A DNA stretch of 63,005 nucleotides, the filler included, from Chiloscyllium plagiosum (lineage: Eukaryota): assembly GCF_004010195.1 (NCBI RefSeq). It is 4 parts of one record of this genome, joined end to end, with 100 filler letters (N's around TTAATTAATTAA, not from the genome) between each part and the next. Parts side by side here need not be neighbours in the genome. Positions count along the whole stretch, not along the records: positions 52,120 to 63,005 come from NC_057714.1; 3 more parts are not named here. One strand, given 5' to 3'. The position numbers were made by a program, and so were the translations under genes. The notes under the pieces were generated by a model. It was given only the letters and a program-made list of their open reading frames with translations, was not told the origin of the DNA and did not search any database. This document shows positions 62,630 through 63,005 of this stretch, in pieces (the stretch's first letter is position 1; each line of letters begins with the position of its first letter).

Positions 62630-63005
62630 AGCACCCAGCCCACATCCCTCCAAACCCTTCCTATTCATCTACCCATCCAGATGCCTTTTAAATGTTGTAA
62701 TTGTACCACCCTCCACCACTTCCTCTGGCAGCTCATTTCATACACATACCACCCTCTGCGTGAAAACGTTGCCCCTTAGGTAACTTTGAAATCTTTCTCC
62801 TCTCAGCCTAAACCTATGCCCTCTAGTTCTGACTCCCCGACCCCAGAGAAAAGACCTTGTCTATTTATCCTATCCATGTCGCTCATAATTTTGTCACCCT
62901 CTATAAGGTCACCCCTCAGCATCCGACGCTCCAGGGAAAACAGCCCCAACCTGTTCAGCCTCTCCCTACAGCTCAAATCCTCCAACCCTGGCAATATCCT
63001 TGTAA
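62630..63005 (-). mobile_element. CR1 3' fragment truncated at the hexamer array
   Basis: ORF 62803..62994 contains RERLNRLGLFSLE..LRGDLIE. Confidence 0.9.

Noticed and set aside
61882..62783. Asn-Ser or Leu-Thr-Leu-Ile repeat proteins
   Set aside because: They are translations of the hexamer array.

Overview
Repeat-saturated vertebrate non-coding DNA, almost certainly from a cartilaginous fish (shark or ray), inferred from multiple HE1-type V-SINEs and HER1/CR1-type LINEs. I find no intact host gene. Nearly all listed ORFs are decayed retroelement fragments or simple-repeat or gap artefacts. The window holds about 25 CR1 fragments, a second CR1/L2-group LINE with its partner tRNA-SINE, Rex1/Babar fragments, several SINE families, a solo LTR and several lineages of Penelope-like elements (PLEs; RT plus GIY-YIG). 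The strongest signal is RNA-level. The 3' terminal repeats of four PLE-type families carry minimal type I hammerhead ribozyme (HHR) motifs: CUGAnGA, one extra nt, stem II, GAAA, a palindromic ACGU or AGCU stem III, then the cleavage site. These termini have spread as 100-250 bp non-coding, often fold-back mini-elements flanked by 10-17 bp target-site duplications (TSDs), which places HHRs on both strands. HHRs in PLEs are established knowledge; the density, lineage diversity and mini fold-back form here merit follow-up. Three gaps contain an artificial TTAATTAATTAA linker, so contiguity across them is unproven. Element boundaries are approximate unless a TSD is quoted, and family names come from recognition, not a database search.
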